This document shows, piece by piece, positions 9,039 through 18,981 of a stretch of DNA of 32,000 bases. A program made the position numbers and the translations under genes. The stretch comes from Candidatus Thalassarchaeaceae archaeon. Lineage in GTDB: Archaea; Thermoplasmatota; Poseidoniia; Poseidoniales; Thalassarchaeaceae. The notes below the pieces were generated by a model, which had not been told where the DNA came from, did no database searches, and worked only from the letters and a program-made list of their open reading frames with translations. Positions within the stretch are counted from its first letter, which is position 1. The number at the start of each line of letters is the position of its first letter. The stretch lies in the NCBI GenBank assembly GCA_045568075.1, contig JBJLBP010000001.1, forward strand, positions 1,230,001 through 1,262,000, in the 5' to 3' direction.

Positions 9039-10421
9039 TTATTCGCTTGGACGTGGAGTTGAGCCGAGATCGAGGCTTGGATTTTCATCGATTATCTCTT
9101 GCTTGCGGACCTCAGCTTTTAGCGTCAATAGTTCAAGATAGGCATTCTTTGCCTCGGTATATCGAGTCATGGCTTCCTGGTATCCGACCTTCTCCATGTG
9201 GTAGGTCTGACCGTCGCGTGCGGCGGCGTCCATGCGATATAGCAGATAGAAGAAGAAGGCGGTTGGAGCCCACGCCCCGATTAGTAGCAGCCAATTCTCA
9301 TCGAAATTGAACGGACCCATACCCATGAATTCGGTATTTGCCCCAACGACCATCGTCGAAATAATTGAGATTGGCCACAATACCAAATTGACGAGTAATA
9401 GTACCCATTCGTACATTTCATACTCCGATCTTCCGCGTGGCCTCTTTGGTCTAGGTAGTGTATCAGTGGGGTCAGACATATCCGAATCGTACCACAAGAA
9501 TTCCATCGCCTGCTTTGAGGCTTCGCTCTCATTATCGGATTCCGATGCCAGAATTTCATGGTCGATTTGTAATCCGATTTCAGCTGGAGTGGACTCATTT
9601 TTAGGGAAACGGGGTAAGGTCAAGAGGAATCCGAATAAAATTGTGAATAACAAAATTGTTAACAATTCAAGGATAGCGAGATCTGCTAAAATCGCACCTT
9701 CTTGTAACGGAATCGCAATGCGCCCAACAAGAGCGATTCCGAGAGCTGTAATCACTATTACAGGAGATAACCTAATTCGATAAATGAATCCAATTGAACC
9801 GAGGATAAACATCAATGAGACAAGATCGAGGATGCCTGTCAATTGCGCCTCCGAACCAGAGAATAATGGGAATGTCAGAATTACTCCAGGAAGCCAACCC
9901 CAGAAGAAGAGAAGAGAGAATGCTGACTTTGAGATACCTGTTACATCACTGAATGATTCGAGAAATCTTCCCGCGATGGTGGCCTCGGCATAATAGCCAA
10001 TCCAAATGACTGAACTAAACAAGATGATTGCAGGGAAGGTGTATTGCATATGGTTGAAGAAAGCCGTAGAAATTTTACTCATTAACCCCGGTTTAGGTTC
10101 TGAATAAACCATCAATCCTGTTGGAATTGGCTCGACCACCTTGGATTGTTCGACTCCTTTGATCGAATCGACCACAGGTGGGGCGGTGTCGCGCACCACT
10201 CGCTTCTTCTCTGCCCGTCTCTCTGCAGATCTCTCTCGAAGCCCCTCGTGACGCTGTTTGAGATCCTTACCCATTTCTTCCATTCGACTGGAGAAATCCT
10301 CTGAAACGCTGCTGAATCTTTCAGATGCTGCCGCCGAAGCCTCATGGGAGAGATCGTCGATACGGTGCATCAATCGGCGTAATCTATCTTCGAGGGGTTC
10401 GTCTTCCGAAAACTCGGACAT
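9039..10421 (-). CDS. Hypothetical polytopic membrane protein with charged N- and C-terminal coiled-coil-like tails
   Basis: 460-aa ORF with ATG start. About 115 aa of charged N-terminus (EDRLRRLMHRIDDLSHE...RERSAERRAEKKR), about 7 hydrophobic helices, an acidic loop (ASESDNESEASK), and a C-terminal helical tail (YQEAMTRYTEAKNAYLELLTLKAEVRKQE). No family recognised. Confidence 0.6.
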   Translation of the reverse strand: MSEFSEDEPLEDRLRRLMHRIDDLSHEASAAASERFSSVSEDFSSRMEEMGKDLKQRHEGLRERSAERRAEKKRVVRDTAPPVVDSIKGVEQSKVVEPIPTGLMVYSEPKPGLMSKISTAFFNHMQYTFPAIILFSSVIWIGYYAEATIAGRFLESFSDVTGISKSAFSLLFFWGWLPGVILTFPLFSGSEAQLTGILDLVSLMFILGSIGFIYRIRLSPVIVITALGIALVGRIAIPLQEGAILADLAILELLTILLFTILFGFLLTLPRFPKNESTPAEIGLQIDHEILASESDNESEASKQAMEFLWYDSDMSDPTDTLPRPKRPRGRSEYEMYEWVLLLVNLVLWPISIISTMVVGANTEFMGMGPFNFDENWLLLIGAWAPTAFFFYLLYRMDAAARDGQTYHMEKVGYQEAMTRYTEAKNAYLELLTLKAEVRKQEIIDENPSLDLGSTPRPSE

Positions 10422-10475
10422 CGGGGGTAAGAATTACTCCGACTGCCTTCAACCCTTAGCCGGCGAATTGCAGAA

Positions 10476-11552
10476 TTATTCGTTAGGTAGCCCTCGGTCT
10501 CCAGTCCAAGAGTTAGCCCAGAGGTCGAAGATTCTGACTTCGACCTCTGCTGTTGAATTGGTGCGAATTTCGTAGAGGTCGCCGTTTGAGAACCAAGTGT
10601 CTGAATCATAATCCAACCAAGTGAATGCCCACCAATCGCCAGAATCATCGGTGATATTTGTTGTCTGATCTGCGAAATTCATCATGGCCAGCGAGATAGC
10701 TTCCTCGCCGCCACTGGCCGTGCTGACCGCGTGAAACTCCAACTCACTGGGGTCAGCTTCGGAGGTGAGGCCCGCTGGAACTTCTCCGCCCCAAGCTGTT
10801 ACTCCATCAGCTAATGCGAATGGTTCGGATACGGTGAATTCGATAGGAGAGCGGGGGAGATCTTCCTGCAATTCGAGAGTGACTCCGTCTCCAGTTTCGA
10901 TTGTCATGACGAAGGCGGAGTCGTCATCACCATACAATTCGATTCCAACGATTTGTGGCGGCATTCCCTTGAGCACGAGAATGATGCTATGGGTGGCGTT
11001 TCTTGCACTCGCGATCTGTTCGAGTGATTCGAGATCATGCGTGATGGTCCAGGAGAGATCAGAAATCGCAGTTGTATCGAAGCCAAAGGACGGCCAGAGG
11101 CCATCGGGGTTCTCAGTGGCTTGCTGCGCGATGTCGAAGAATGGATCTTTGTATTCAGGGACGGCATCGCGGCCCTCATACCAGACGTTTCCGAGTCTGA
11201 TATTCGTCGTATCGGTGCCTTCGATGACTTCGGTGTCGATAGAGGTCGTTCCTAGGCTGAATCTCAGTGCTATGGAACGCAGATTAGCGTCATCGTCCTT
11301 TGAGACGCTCCAGTGTATCTCGCCTTGTTGCGTCTCAGTCACATAAGTCGTCGAAGATTCGACGCGAAGTCGTTCTTGGTTTGCAGTGAGAAGCATCACA
11401 TCGAGTGCTTCCGGATTAGAAAGGAGTTCATTCAAGATGTCATTATCGAAGGGGAAGCACTCAGTTCCCTCGCAGGTTTCGATAGGGACTTCGAGGCAAC
11501 CTGCGAGCGCCGGCGCAAGCAGAATCAATCCCAATAGCGCCGCCCTCATCAT
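10476..11552 (-). CDS. Hypothetical secreted, acidic lipoprotein-like protein
   Basis: Signal peptide with a lipobox-like end, MMRAALLGLILLAPALAGC. The mature part is very acidic and Thr/Asp-rich, with 3 further Cys close to the N-terminus (CLEVPIETCEGTEC). The ORF track starts at GTG 11567; ATG 11552 or 11549 gives a more typical signal peptide. Confidence 0.6.
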   Translation of the reverse strand: MMRAALLGLILLAPALAGCLEVPIETCEGTECFPFDNDILNELLSNPEALDVMLLTANQERLRVESSTTYVTETQQGEIHWSVSKDDDANLRSIALRFSLGTTSIDTEVIEGTDTTNIRLGNVWYEGRDAVPEYKDPFFDIAQQATENPDGLWPSFGFDTTAISDLSWTITHDLESLEQIASARNATHSIILVLKGMPPQIVGIELYGDDDSAFVMTIETGDGVTLELQEDLPRSPIEFTVSEPFALADGVTAWGGEVPAGLTSEADPSELEFHAVSTASGGEEAISLAMMNFADQTTNITDDSGDWWAFTWLDYDSDTWFSNGDLYEIRTNSTAEVEVRIFDLWANSWTGDRGLPNE

Positions 11553-11702
11553 TTTCGATGGCGACACCGTTCGCTGATGAGACTATGCTTCAGGTGTCGA
11601 CCAAGAATGCCGCTTTTTTGGCCGACTCAGGCGCTCTCGGCGCCTGCGTCGCTCCTATATGGAACGGGCTTGACGCGATTGATGAGAATGGAGGGTTGAA
11701 TC

Positions 11703-12575
11703 GTGATTCAGGATGTGCTCATCGTCTACAAAAAGAACTTCGAGGAGGTACATGATCAAGCCCTCGATGCTATTCGAACAGAATTGGACGCACTTGTTTC
11801 TGAGAGCGGTTTGCGAGTCGATTACTCCGCTCGAGAGACGGTTCGACGGGCTGATTTCATTGGACGCGACTTAGTTGTCGTATTGGGTGGAGATGGAACA
11901 CTAACTTCGATTGCTCACTCGGTTGACTCAGAAACTCCAGTCATGGGAGTAAATTCACACCCTCGTTCGCTGGACTCTGAGGGTTCGTATGGATTCTACA
12001 TGGGAAGTGACCCTAGTAGCTTCGGCGCGGACATGCGCGCCGCAATCGCCGGTGAGGCAATTGTCAACCATTTGCCACGCTTACAGGCTGAGATCGTGAC
12101 GACGAGCGGGAATCGGATTCGATGTGATCCCGCTCTCAACGATTTGCTGGTTGCGAATACGCATCAATATCAGCCTTCAAAATATAGGTTGCAGCGAGGC
12201 GAAGGAGTCGACTGCAAGCAATATTCCTCAGGATGTTTGTTTTCGACATTCCTTGGACAGGGTGCTTGGTTCAGGAATGTCGCGAATATCGAGGGAACTA
12301 CCTTTCCCTCGACTGAAATTGATGATCACTATCTGTATGTCGCGCGCGATTTGCCTCGGGCTGAGCGCCGTGATGACGGCTCCTACTGGGAATGGACTAC
12401 GGAGCCGACTGTACTGACTAGCGATATGCATAGAGGTTACGTGGTCAGCGATGGTTGGGACGAGACTCATTTTACTCGTGGTTCGACTTTGACCGTGAAT
12501 ATCAATGGACCAAAGTTGCAATTGTTGACGTTCCGAAGCAGCATACTAGACAGAGTGGAACACTGGATTGATTAG
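11703..12575 (+). CDS. nadK: NAD kinase family protein (divergent)
   Basis: DLVVVLGGDGTLTS (GGDGT motif), NDLLVAN, and a degenerate version of the G-rich third motif (SSGCLFSTFLGQGAW). GTG start is preceded by GGAGGG 7 nt upstream (11690-11695), with a TATA-like CTATAT at 11655-11660. Confidence 0.65.
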   Translation: MIQDVLIVYKKNFEEVHDQALDAIRTELDALVSESGLRVDYSARETVRRADFIGRDLVVVLGGDGTLTSIAHSVDSETPVMGVNSHPRSLDSEGSYGFYMGSDPSSFGADMRAAIAGEAIVNHLPRLQAEIVTTSGNRIRCDPALNDLLVANTHQYQPSKYRLQRGEGVDCKQYSSGCLFSTFLGQGAWFRNVANIEGTTFPSTEIDDHYLYVARDLPRAERRDDGSYWEWTTEPTVLTSDMHRGYVVSDGWDETHFTRGSTLTVNINGPKLQLLTFRSSILDRVEHWID

Positions 12576-12636
12576 CGAAACCTGCATCTTCCAACGCTGG
12601 GTGAACTCCATATTCATTCGCGGTTCTCGATAGTTC

Positions 12637-13044
12637 ATGGAAGGCTTTCCCGTGGTGCGCGAATTTGTGGTTCATTGGGGCGATATGGATGCCCTGGGTC
12701 ACGTGAATAATACCCGACACCTGAGGTGGATGGAAACAGTTCGCGTCGATCTCTTTCAGATGGTAGACTTACGAACTGGGGGCTCGGATACGCACGGTCC
12801 GATTCTAGCCAATCTTAGCGTCAATTATCACAAGCCGATTCATTATCCAGATACAGTCACGGTTGCGACTAGAGTTGCGAGTATCGGCAATTCTAGTTTC
12901 AAGTTGGAGAACATCGTTCATGATGGTGCAGGGGATTTGTGTGCAAGTGGAGAGTGCACGATTGTCTTGTATGATTTCAAGCGAGGGGAATCTGTAACTC
13001 TGAGTGACGAGTTGAGGAGTATAATCGAAGAACTTCACCGCTGA
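12637..13044 (+). CDS. Acyl-CoA thioesterase, 4HBT/YbgC-like hot-dog fold
   Basis: 135 aa. VHWGDMDALGHVNNTRHLRWMETVR is the typical 4HBT catalytic region (D..GHV.N..Y). Confidence 0.8.
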   Translation: MEGFPVVREFVVHWGDMDALGHVNNTRHLRWMETVRVDLFQMVDLRTGGSDTHGPILANLSVNYHKPIHYPDTVTVATRVASIGNSSFKLENIVHDGAGDLCASGECTIVLYDFKRGESVTLSDELRSIIEELHR

Positions 13045-13053
13045 AGAAGCGAT

Positions 13054-14124
13054 TCATCCCTCACGCTTGACAGTCAGGTGAGGGAATGGAACTGTGACGC
13101 CTTGCTCCTCAAATTGCTTGAGAATCTCGATGAGAATCCAATCCTTGGCCTTACGCTCCTTATTGTAATCCGAGACCCAGCAATCGAGGCGGTAAACTAG
13201 GGCAGTCTCTGTGATATCATAGAGCAGAACCTCGGTTTTGTGGTAATCAACGGTGTAATCACAATCGTCGATTGCCTTCGTCATGATTTTCTTTACTAAC
13301 TCTGGGTCTTGATCGAGAGTCGTGTTCATGCGGAATCTCAAATTCATCGAGTCTGGATTTTCTAGCGAGCTCCCCTGAGCATAATTTTCGACGAATTGGC
13401 CGGAGAGTGAAGTGTTGGGAATAATCACCATTCGCTCATTGCCAGTGCGGATCTTGGTGGTCATGATTCCTACATCGACAACTTTGCCTTTGACACCCTT
13501 GACGATTACCTTGTCTCCCTTCGCGAATGGCTTATCGATGAGCATCAACATCCCTGATACTAGATTGCCTGCGGTCTCTTGTAAGGCGAGACCAACAACG
13601 AGAGTTAGGATAGTGGCAGAGGCAAGAATTGGTGTGATGTCAATATTCATCTGGTCGAGCGCGAGGAGGATTGCTGCGAGCCAAGCGATGACCTTAGCGG
13701 CGCTGACTGAGATTGTTTGCATCGTCGAAAGGTCGAGATGAGTTCTGTCGTCGATCTCTTGGAAAATCGGAGGAATGAATTCATCGACGAGGGAGGTCAT
13801 GAATTGGGCGAGCATGACTAGGAGGACGGCTATCGAACCACCAGCGAAGGCCGAACGGTAGAATGAATCCGCTTCGTAGGACCATTGGAATGTCATCCAA
13901 ATTCCAGTAAGTAAGACACCGACATTCAACAGAGGTGTGGCGAGAACGAAAACGCGATCATCATAGAGATTCTCACTCTTCTCAATCTGGCGAAGGACTG
14001 GTCCGTTGATTATCGCGCGGAAGATGAAGGTTGCAAGGATGCTGGCACCTAGGCCTACGCCAAGTTGTGCAAGGATTCCAGCATCCTCAACAAGTTCAAG
14101 GTACTCTATAACCACCTCAAGCAT
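13054..14124 (-). CDS. Small-conductance mechanosensitive channel (MscS family)
   Basis: 356 aa. TM helices followed by the conserved MscS core LQETAGNLVSGMLMLIDKPFAKGDKVIVKGVKGKVVDVGIMTTKIRTGNERMVIIPNTSL. Confidence 0.85.
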   Translation of the reverse strand: MLEVVIEYLELVEDAGILAQLGVGLGASILATFIFRAIINGPVLRQIEKSENLYDDRVFVLATPLLNVGVLLTGIWMTFQWSYEADSFYRSAFAGGSIAVLLVMLAQFMTSLVDEFIPPIFQEIDDRTHLDLSTMQTISVSAAKVIAWLAAILLALDQMNIDITPILASATILTLVVGLALQETAGNLVSGMLMLIDKPFAKGDKVIVKGVKGKVVDVGIMTTKIRTGNERMVIIPNTSLSGQFVENYAQGSSLENPDSMNLRFRMNTTLDQDPELVKKIMTKAIDDCDYTVDYHKTEVLLYDITETALVYRLDCWVSDYNKERKAKDWILIEILKQFEEQGVTVPFPHLTVKREG

Positions 14125-14172
14125 ACTACCGCTTGAGAGTAATAGGTTATCGTGATTTCCCCAGCATCGTAA

Positions 14173-14955
14173 TCAAAGAATTTGCTCTAGGAATAGTTTG
14201 GTTCTTTCGTGCTTTGGGTTTGAGAAGAACTCATCCGGAGGTGCTTCCTCAATGAGATGGCCTTCGTCAAAGAGGATGCAACGGTCTGCTACTTCCTTCG
14301 CGAAGCCCATTTCGTGGGTCACGACAATCATCGTAATATCTCGCTTTGCGAGATCGATCATCACGTCAAGAACTTCCTTGATCATCTCTGGGTCGAGTGC
14401 ACTAGTAGGCTCGTCAAAGAGCATTATCTTCGGATCCATTGCCAAAGCACGGGCAATTGCAACACGCTGCTGTTGACCGCCCGAAAGCCCGCTAGGATAC
14501 TTGTAGGCCTGCTCAGGGATTCCCACTCTCTCAAGTAATTCCATGGCTTTGGCCTCAGCCTCACGCTTCGACATGCCCTTGACTTTCATCGGAGCGAGGG
14601 TAATATTCTCCATGATAGTTAGGTGTGGGAAGAGATTGAACTGCTGGAATACGAAGCCGACCTCGGATCGAACGTATTTGAGATCCTTAACCGCAGTTTC
14701 ATCATCAATAGTGATTCCATCGATTCGGATAGTTCCACCACTATGAGGCTGGAGTCGGTTCAATGTCCTGATGTACGTCGATTTTCCAGACCCTGAAGGA
14801 CCGAGAATGACAATTATTTCGCCCCTTTTAATCTCAATATCAATTCCTTTCAACGCCCAGAAATCTCCGAAGTTTACTTTCACTCCACTAGTCGAAATGA
14901 TTGTTTCACTTACATATTCGGTTGCCGGTTTTTCGTCCGTATCGTATTCACTCAT
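14173..14955 (-). CDS. aapP: Polar amino-acid ABC transporter ATP-binding protein (AapP/GlnQ/YhdZ-like)
   Basis: Walker [11 protein letters not shown]-loop, [15 protein letters not shown], Walker [13 protein letters not shown], and H-loop [11 protein letters not shown] overlaps the upstream stop (ATGA) and follows GGAGGAGGAG. Confidence 0.9.
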   Translation of the reverse strand: MSEYDTDEKPATEYVSETIISTSGVKVNFGDFWALKGIDIEIKRGEIIVILGPSGSGKSTYIRTLNRLQPHSGGTIRIDGITIDDETAVKDLKYVRSEVGFVFQQFNLFPHLTIMENITLAPMKVKGMSKREAEAKAMELLERVGIPEQAYKYPSGLSGGQQQRVAIARALAMDPKIMLFDEPTSALDPEMIKEVLDVMIDLAKRDITMIVVTHEMGFAKEVADRCILFDEGHLIEEAPPDEFFSNPKHERTKLFLEQIL

Positions 14956-16604
14956 GCTAATTCTCCTCCTCCTTCTTTGACCAGTCCAAGACCCTTCTCG
15001 ATCTTCATCGAGACCCTGGATAGGTAGAATGCAAACACCCAGAATACAAGGGCAGTGACGTACAACGGCTCTAGGAAGTTACCGAGGAAGCGCAAGTCTG
15101 TGGCAGGTAGGTCCTTTGCCAGTTTGAAGAAGTCGAGGATGTTGATGATGAAAAGTAGAGTCGTGTCCTTCCATAGCCCGATGAAGACACTGACAATCGA
15201 AGGAAGCGTGGTTCGAACTGCGTTGGGTAGCTCTACCTGCAACTTTGTTTGGAAAGGTGAGAGACCTAGTGCAAGCGCAGCCTCCTTTTGCCCACTGTCG
15301 ACAGCTTGCAATCCTCCTCTCAAGACCTCAGCAATGTAACATCCTCCGAATATACCGAACATCAGCAGCATTCGTATGATATCCTCTGCGTCATAGAACG
15401 GATCCATCATATCAGGCATCAAGAAGACAGCGAACCAAAGCCAACAAATTAGAGGACCGGATCGAACTAATTCGATTAGAAGGACGGATGGAATGCTGAA
15501 GAACGGCTGGTTGCTCTGACGTCCAAACGCCAGAACCACTCCGATTCCAAAGCCAAGTACACAGCCTGCTGTGGCTACGATCAGGTTGACGAATAGACCT
15601 CCCCATTGAGAGGCTTTGATACCGTCTCCTGCTAATTTGTCGAGGGTACTCGGAACTACTTCTCCAGCGATAATGGCCTCACGCATTTCTTGAGCAGGCG
15701 TTCCACCTAGCACCTCCGCGAAGGACTTGACAAACTCTGGAGGATCCATAATCAAAATCGCGTAGAAGAATGTGATTACAGCCGCGATAGCGATATACGA
15801 TCTGAGGCGATTAGCCTTGTACTCCTCTGATATCGAGCAATAATAGAATGAAGCTCCGTAGGCAGCATATCCAATCAGCAGAGCCTTTGCGAGATTAAAC
15901 AGGGGAACTTCACTATGATAGTTGATTTCACTTGGAACCCATGCGACACCCATTAGAGCAGCACAAATCAAAGTGAATGGGACTAGGAATCTTGCTGGCT
16001 TATCGGCTGTGGTTCCATAGGCGCTCGCTATGACTGCGAATGTCGGGTATAGAATCCACCACAAGCGCCAGTTCTGATTGACACCGTAGCAATTTGATAT
16101 AGCGATGCAAGATTCTGAGCCGGGGGCCTGTGTCATCTGCTCAGTCATCTGCTGGCCTACAACCAAGAGCACTCTATTCGCCCAAACCACATCCCAATCA
16201 GCCTCTACTAGAACAAAGTGAGAGAGGCCACGTACAGCAACGACGATTATCCAAGCTGTAGTAATGCCGAGTATCGCAGTAGTTGGAGCCTTACCTAGTG
16301 TCCACTTGATCAGTGCGGTTAACGTCACCCACCAAGCGAAGACGAGTGCAGCAGCCGAGATGACTCCGTAGATCAGAGCATTCTGCGAACTTGCACCTCC
16401 AGACTCTGCCGACGATACCAATTCGAAGAAGCCGTGTGGATGGAGTACTCCCCCGAGGAATATTCCACAGGCAAACGCGACTGAAAGTGAAGCCAAAGAG
16501 AGTATACTTTTGTTGCTAGGAGTGACCCAAGGGGCGCCGGGTTTCCCCGCGATGGATTCCTCGAATTCGATCAACGAATCCATTTTGATGCCACCCGAAA
16601 TCAT
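14952..16604 (-). CDS. aapM: General amino-acid ABC transporter permease (AapM/YhdY-like), enlarged N-terminal half
   Basis: C-terminal core WGGLFVNL...AFGRQSN...[11 protein letters not shown]...[28 protein letters not shown]...[26 protein letters not shown] (EAA loop). 550 aa, against about 370-385 for YhdY/AapM as I recall. Shares an ATGA overlap with the upstream gene. Confidence 0.85.
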   Translation of the reverse strand: MISGGIKMDSLIEFEESIAGKPGAPWVTPSNKSILSLASLSVAFACGIFLGGVLHPHGFFELVSSAESGGASSQNALIYGVISAAALVFAWWVTLTALIKWTLGKAPTTAILGITTAWIIVVAVRGLSHFVLVEADWDVVWANRVLLVVGQQMTEQMTQAPGSESCIAISNCYGVNQNWRLWWILYPTFAVIASAYGTTADKPARFLVPFTLICAALMGVAWVPSEINYHSEVPLFNLAKALLIGYAAYGASFYYCSISEEYKANRLRSYIAIAAVITFFYAILIMDPPEFVKSFAEVLGGTPAQEMREAIIAGEVVPSTLDKLAGDGIKASQWGGLFVNLIVATAGCVLGFGIGVVLAFGRQSNQPFFSIPSVLLIELVRSGPLICWLWFAVFLMPDMMDPFYDAEDIIRMLLMFGIFGGCYIAEVLRGGLQAVDSGQKEAALALGLSPFQTKLQVELPNAVRTTLPSIVSVFIGLWKDTTLLFIINILDFFKLAKDLPATDLRFLGNFLEPLYVTALVFWVFAFYLSRVSMKIEKGLGLVKEGGGELA

Positions 16605-18885
16605 ATCTTCACGCTCGTTACTCTAGTGTTGTACCAATTCATTACGACCGAAATCGCGAGACTTCCTACTTGGTATGTGATGAGAAGGAGGATGAATAGT
16701 GGAATCAGTTTGCCAACGTTATTCATCATCACTAATATGACGTAGAAAATATCGCTATATGCAACGATAACTGCTAGGCTGGAGTTCTTCCAGACATTCA
16801 TGAATTGGTTGTTCAAAAGAGGCACCATACTCCTTAGAGCCTGAGGTAAAATGACCAGCCTGAGCCTCTGGAATGGATTGAGAGATAGGGAGATTGCAGC
16901 CTCGACCTGCCCTCTAGGTAGTGCCTGAATGCTTCCTCTTACAATCTCGGCAACAGTAGATGCTGTGAAGAGAGTCAGGCCGAGCATCATAGCGAGGAAG
17001 AAGGGAGTGATTTCGAACCCAGTCCCCTCCGCTATATGCCAAGAACCTGGCGCATCGATCACTCCATCTCCATTCCAGTCCTTGACATATTCAGGCCATG
17101 AGATGCCCTTTGAAAGAGCGATTCCCGCTGCTATAGCGAAGGCAGCAACCCAGATGGTGAACCTCTTCCTAAGGCCGGATTCAGAATCATCAATCTGCAG
17201 AGAGTTGATTCCATCATCATCGACTTTGCTAGTTATTGAAAGCGCATACACGAGTAGTGCCAGCGCAAGTGCAGCCCCTAGGCCCCCTCCATTTGTTGAG
17301 ACAAAGGGAACGAGGAAAACGAGGAATACCACTGCGGCGACAATTAGCAATAAGTCTGAGGCAAGTGCCTCAAACCTCCACCCCAGTGCACTAAATGGTC
17401 TCCTTACATGTTCAACAGGATTGCTTGGGCGGGAAATGATTCGAGGTTCAATCCGGTCCGTGAAACGTAAACCTGCCCTTAGAATCGCGAGGGCTACTAA
17501 TCCCATGACCAGTCTTGGGTAAGATTCCACAGTTACGAACCAGATGCCCTGATTGCTGAAGAAAACAGCCCCTCCAAGAGAGGAACGTCTCTTCGATGAA
17601 TAGAGGAGCTTGGATTCCAAACTGAGTTGCAATCAGGAATAGAAGGACAGCGAGTGGCAGATTTCGGAATACTTCAACATACACCGTAGCCATGGTAGAT
17701 GCCAACTTGTTGGATGAGAGACGTGTGACACCAACAATAGTCCCAAGGATAAGACAGAGAACTATGCTCAACAGAGTCACCCGAACCGAATTGATAATCG
17801 CAGCCTTCAGGAACATCCACCTGACATCGGAGGTTAGCAACTACCTCCATCGGCCAAGGATTGATTTTGAAGGTGTTTACCTTGTCCATGAAATCGAACT
17901 GAATCTCCCAGCGGTTTTGCATTACTGGATCAGGGTCATGTTGTAGATAGAGCACCCTAAGAAATAGGTACAAGATGAAAGGTAGGAAGGCGAGATACGC
18001 AAGTGCAGCCGTTCTCTTTTCTTGTATAGAGGGCTTCATTGCCTCTTGGGAGAGTTTGAAGGCCCAGTAGAAAACAGTGACGAGTATGATAATCGAGAGG
18101 GTTTGAGGAATGTTCTGAGATATGAGTGGGATCATTGAAATATTGATTGTAAGGGCGACGAGGAGAATGATTGAGCCAAAGGAAATTACTGCATCAATAG
18201 CCTCCCGTGGTTTGAAGGAAGAGTAATTTCTTGGATTCAAAATAAGGTTCAAGTTATCTTGGAGAAGAAGTATACCAGCAACCACTGCACCTCCAAAGAA
18301 GAAGAAGGGGATTTGTGCTCCCGGTGAAAATTCTAGAAAGCCAAATCCTTCTGTTACCAATAAGATGTAGGAAATCAAGAAGCAGCCCACAGCAAAGATG
18401 GAGCTGGAACTCTCCGAGATAACTCGGAAATTCCCTTTTAGTAATCCTCTGAAAAGATTAGGTAATTCATTTTGCACCAGTAGGAAGCAAACCAGAATTA
18501 ACCCGCCAAGGAACAGAGCCAATTTTTCCATAGGATAGAATGAGGGGTTCATCTGGGTGCCAGCGACAGAGATGTCTCTAGCCATAGAAGTCAGATAGTC
18601 AATCGACATTCCAAGGAATTTGTTCGAGTATCTCCAGAAAAGTGTCGGGGAAGAAGCATACAGTCCTAGAGTTAGAACTTGAGAAAAACTTAGATCCACT
18701 GAATACAATAAGGGAAAGAAATGGAAAACGAACATTAAGATGATGCTAAGTAGAATACCAATGACTAATCCAGCCGAGATATCAAAAAATATGGAGACAG
18801 GTAGGATTAGTATGAATCCCAATGATATGGCCAAGAAATTTGGTTGAATAATTTTGGATATACTATCTTTATCCATAATTACCAC
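16601..18885 (-). pseudogene. aapQ: AapQ/YhdX-like amino-acid ABC permease split over three reading frames (two +1 frame breaks); either a true pseudogene or an assembly/sequencing artefact
   Basis: ORFs 18885-17674, 17840-17448 and 17632-16601 line up in order with one permease. First comes FDFMDKVNTFKI (cf. GFGFL..AGFEI). Next comes LTSD..IINSVRVTLLSIVL..GVTRLSSNKLASTMATVYVEVFRNLPL. Last come GGAVFFSNQGIW and the EAA loop AEIVRGSIQALPRGQVEAAISLSLNPFQRLRLVILPQAL. Frame changes fall near 17836-17846 and 17575-17585. Confidence 0.6.
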
Positions 18886-18899
18886 TCAATAATACTATC

Positions 18900-18947
18900 A
18901 AAAAAAAGAAATTTGAGGCCCCCAGGGGAGATATCCCCCCTGAGGGC
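18900..18947 (-). terminator. Intergenic stem-loop followed by a T8 tract between the binding-protein gene and the permease gene (attenuator or partial terminator)
   Basis: Arms 18918-18928 (GCCCCCAGGGG) and 18937-18947 pair at 10 of 11 positions. On the minus strand this is followed by AAATTTCTTTTTTTT (A8 at 18900-18907 on plus). It sits 35 nt after the aapJ-like stop. Confidence 0.4.
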
Positions 18948-18981
18948 TTACGTAATTCCGTTAATGCGTTGAATGGTTTAT

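Noticed and set aside
9640-9675. Apparent short direct repeat (ACAAAATTGT...ACAAAATTGTT) that looked like a tandem repeat.
   Set aside because: It lies inside the 460-aa membrane-protein CDS and simply encodes a repetitive hydrophobic stretch (LLTILLFTILF). It is not an array.
17570-17850. Programmed +1 ribosomal frameshifting as the explanation for the split aapQ-like gene.
   Set aside because: Two independent programmed events 260 nt apart in a transporter gene would be unprecedented. I see no known +1 shift motif or stimulatory structure. Simple indels (real or assembly-derived) in short runs are the more economical explanation, though only read-level data can settle it.
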